Part shown: piece after piece, positions 62,291 through 64,000 of the stretch
Position numbering within the stretch: the stretch's first letter is position 1
Layout: each line of letters begins with the position of its first letter
Source: an uncultured Verrucomicrobiae bacterium
Lineage (GTDB): Bacteria > Verrucomicrobiota > Verrucomicrobiia > Chthoniobacterales > JAFAMB01
Direction: 5' to 3'
Length of the DNA stretch: 64,000 nt
NCBI GenBank assembly: GCA_963813025.1
Contig: CAWEXO010000014.1
Span: 384,001 to 448,000 of the forward strand
The notes under the pieces: model-generated
Told to the model about the DNA's origin: nothing
Seen by the model: the letters and a program-made list of their open reading frames with translations, nothing else
Databases searched by the model: none
Made by a program: the position numbers and the translations under genes

Positions 62291-62417
62291 GCGGAGGGAG
62301 CGGCGGGAGCGGCTTCAGCGGAGGGATGTAGCGCGAGAGCGCCGAAGCTTACAATTGACTCGTCCATGATCAGTCGGTGATCTCGGTGAGTCCGGGCCTC
62401 CTGTCGCGCTTCGCGCA
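62255..62417 (+). repeat. 163-bp family C repeat overlapping the GT2 stop codon
   Basis: Reverse complement of 59387-59549. Confidence 0.9.
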
Positions 62418-62528
62418 AAGCGCGGATGCCGGAGGAACTCCTTGAACTTCCTTGAACTCCATGAACTCCTTGAACTCCTTGACTCCTGATTGCATACCGC
62501 AAATCGCCATGCAATATCCGCCTTAGGA

Positions 62529-63194
62529 ATGAACCAAGAGACAGGCAGCGAACTGGCAGTTGAGTACCGGCTCAGGTTTGCTCAACACGCGGATTATCGG
62601 CGCAAAGTTTGGCAGGAGCTATATCGCGTTTACTTTCACCAATTCATCCGAAAGGAAGACACTGTTCTGGACCTTGGATGTGGGTGGGGAGAATTTATTA
62701 ACGTTGCTCAGGCCAACAAAAAATACGGGATGGACTTGAACCCGGAATCGGCCAAAATCCTCAATCCTGACATCACTTTCCTTCATCAGGACTGCTCGAC
62801 ACCTTGGCCAATACCGGCGAATTCACTCGACGTGGTGTTCACGAGCAATTTCTTCGAGCACCTGCCTTCGAAACAACATCTCAACGCCACAGTGAAGGAA
62901 GCTTGGCGAAGTCTGAAGCCGGGCGGCGTATTGATCTGTATCGGCCCAAATATCCGTTACCTTTACAATGACTACTGGGACTTTTTTGATCATTATCTGC
63001 CTCTCTCGGACCGGGCGATGCAAGAGCTTATGCGGATGACGGGCTTTTCCCGAGTAAAGGTCATTCGAAAATTCCTGCCGTATACGATGAGTCGGGGCTG
63101 GCAACCGCCCTTATTCGTTGTCCGTGCGTACGCCAGTTTGCCTTGGCTATGGCCGATTTTCGGCAAGCAGTTTTTGGTCGTAGCTACCAAATAG
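62529..63194 (+). CDS. Class I SAM-dependent methyltransferase
   Basis: VLDLGCGWGEF, SNFFEHL, YWDFFDH. Confidence 0.9.
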   Translation: MNQETGSELAVEYRLRFAQHADYRRKVWQELYRVYFHQFIRKEDTVLDLGCGWGEFINVAQANKKYGMDLNPESAKILNPDITFLHQDCSTPWPIPANSLDVVFTSNFFEHLPSKQHLNATVKEAWRSLKPGGVLICIGPNIRYLYNDYWDFFDHYLPLSDRAMQELMRMTGFSRVKVIRKFLPYTMSRGWQPPLFVVRAYASLPWLWPIFGKQFLVVATK

Positions 63195-63237
63195 AGACTA
63201 ACAAAGGCTTTCCGGGTCCGTTACACTTGCCGCTGTT

Positions 63238-63416
63238 GGTAGGGCGAGAATTTAGAGGCTGTCTCACAACGTGGCCTCGGCCCTGCTCCGGTAGGGGCGA
63301 AAAGTTATCCGAGCTTTAGCGAGGACTCGTTTGAGCCGGTCACAGGGGGTGTGCCAAATCTCCAAGACGGCTCAAACAAGTTCTCGCTGACGCTCGAATG
63401 AATTTTCGCCCTACCG
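63238..63416. repeat. Family A REP cluster with a GAGGCTGTCTCA module
   Basis: Empty IS110 target ATTTTCGCCCTA at 63402-63413. Confidence 0.8.
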
Positions 63417-63563
63417 ATCTTGTCCGACTCGCAAACAAATATCAAATCGCACCGGCGTGCTCCAAAGTCCGATACGCCCTTTTCGCCTGTGACAAGCGGA
63501 CCCGACAAGGCAGGGCTGCGCATCTCAGTGGACCGCGCCTCCTCTTCTCAAAAGAACGACAAA

Positions 63564-64000
63564 TCATGCCGCACCGAGATTCGCGATACGGCAAATGACA
63601 GACTCGCATTCTAAAACCATGATTTTGGAGCGTTCTCTGAACTCCTGCATGGCCGTTGGCGTCGAGCGCTCACTTGCGGCTGATTCGAGGATATCGGCAA
63701 GTTTTCTTACCTCGTCTTTCCAGCTGAATCTCTTCAACTCCTTGTCTCCTTTTTCCACTAGTTCCTCTCGAAGCCCGGCGTCGACGGTCAGGCGCTCCAT
63801 CGCATGAGCTAACTCGCCGGGGTCTTCTACATTGACATAGAAGGCGGCGCTCCCGGCTATCTCGGTCTGACTGCCGCCTCGTCCGCAGATGACGGGCAGG
63901 CGGAAGTACATCGCTTCAAGCAGCGGGATGCCGAACCCCTCGTACCGGGATGGGAAAACCAGAGCGGAGGCGTCGCTGTAGGTTTGCGCGAGCTCCTGGT
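63564..64000 (-). CDS. Glycosyltransferase family 4, 5' part outside the window
   Basis: LVFPSRYEGFGIPLLEAMYFRLPVI. Confidence 0.88.
   Translation of the reverse strand, partial: QELAQTYSDASALVFPSRYEGFGIPLLEAMYFRLPVICGRGGSQTEIAGSAAFYVNVEDPGELAHAMERLTVDAGLREELVEKGDKELKRFSWKDEVRKLADILESAASERSTPTAMQEFRERSKIMVLECESVICRIANLGAA

Overview
Bacterial chromosomal window; gene content and repeat style suggest a soil Verrucomicrobiota (Chthoniobacterales-like) genome, which is inference only. 1-27.4 kb is housekeeping: partial thiH, TPR-exbD-exbB, uvrC, frameshifted PBP2, FKBP, hisS-aspS, ackA, system II cytochrome c maturation, rbsK, threonine aldolase, UDG, rluD-like, trpC and tRNA-Gly(GCC). About 28.4-40.0 kb, downstream of the tmRNA 3' end, is a decayed accessory region full of gene fragments. 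42-64 kb is a surface-glycan locus (GT2, GT4, asnB, epimerases, methyltransferases, membrane proteins). Intergenic space is packed with several REP/MITE-like repeat families and short tandem repeats. The highlight is an intact IS110-family element (50654-52337) inserted into a host GTAG-type REP. Its ~380-nt upstream non-coding end reads as a bridge RNA whose putative guides match the REP target and the element's own circle junction. It also shows handshake-like extensions, an apparent 1-nt core, 11-bp subterminal inverted repeats and a promoter that forms only on circularisation. Everything was read by eye; no database search or RNA folding was run.
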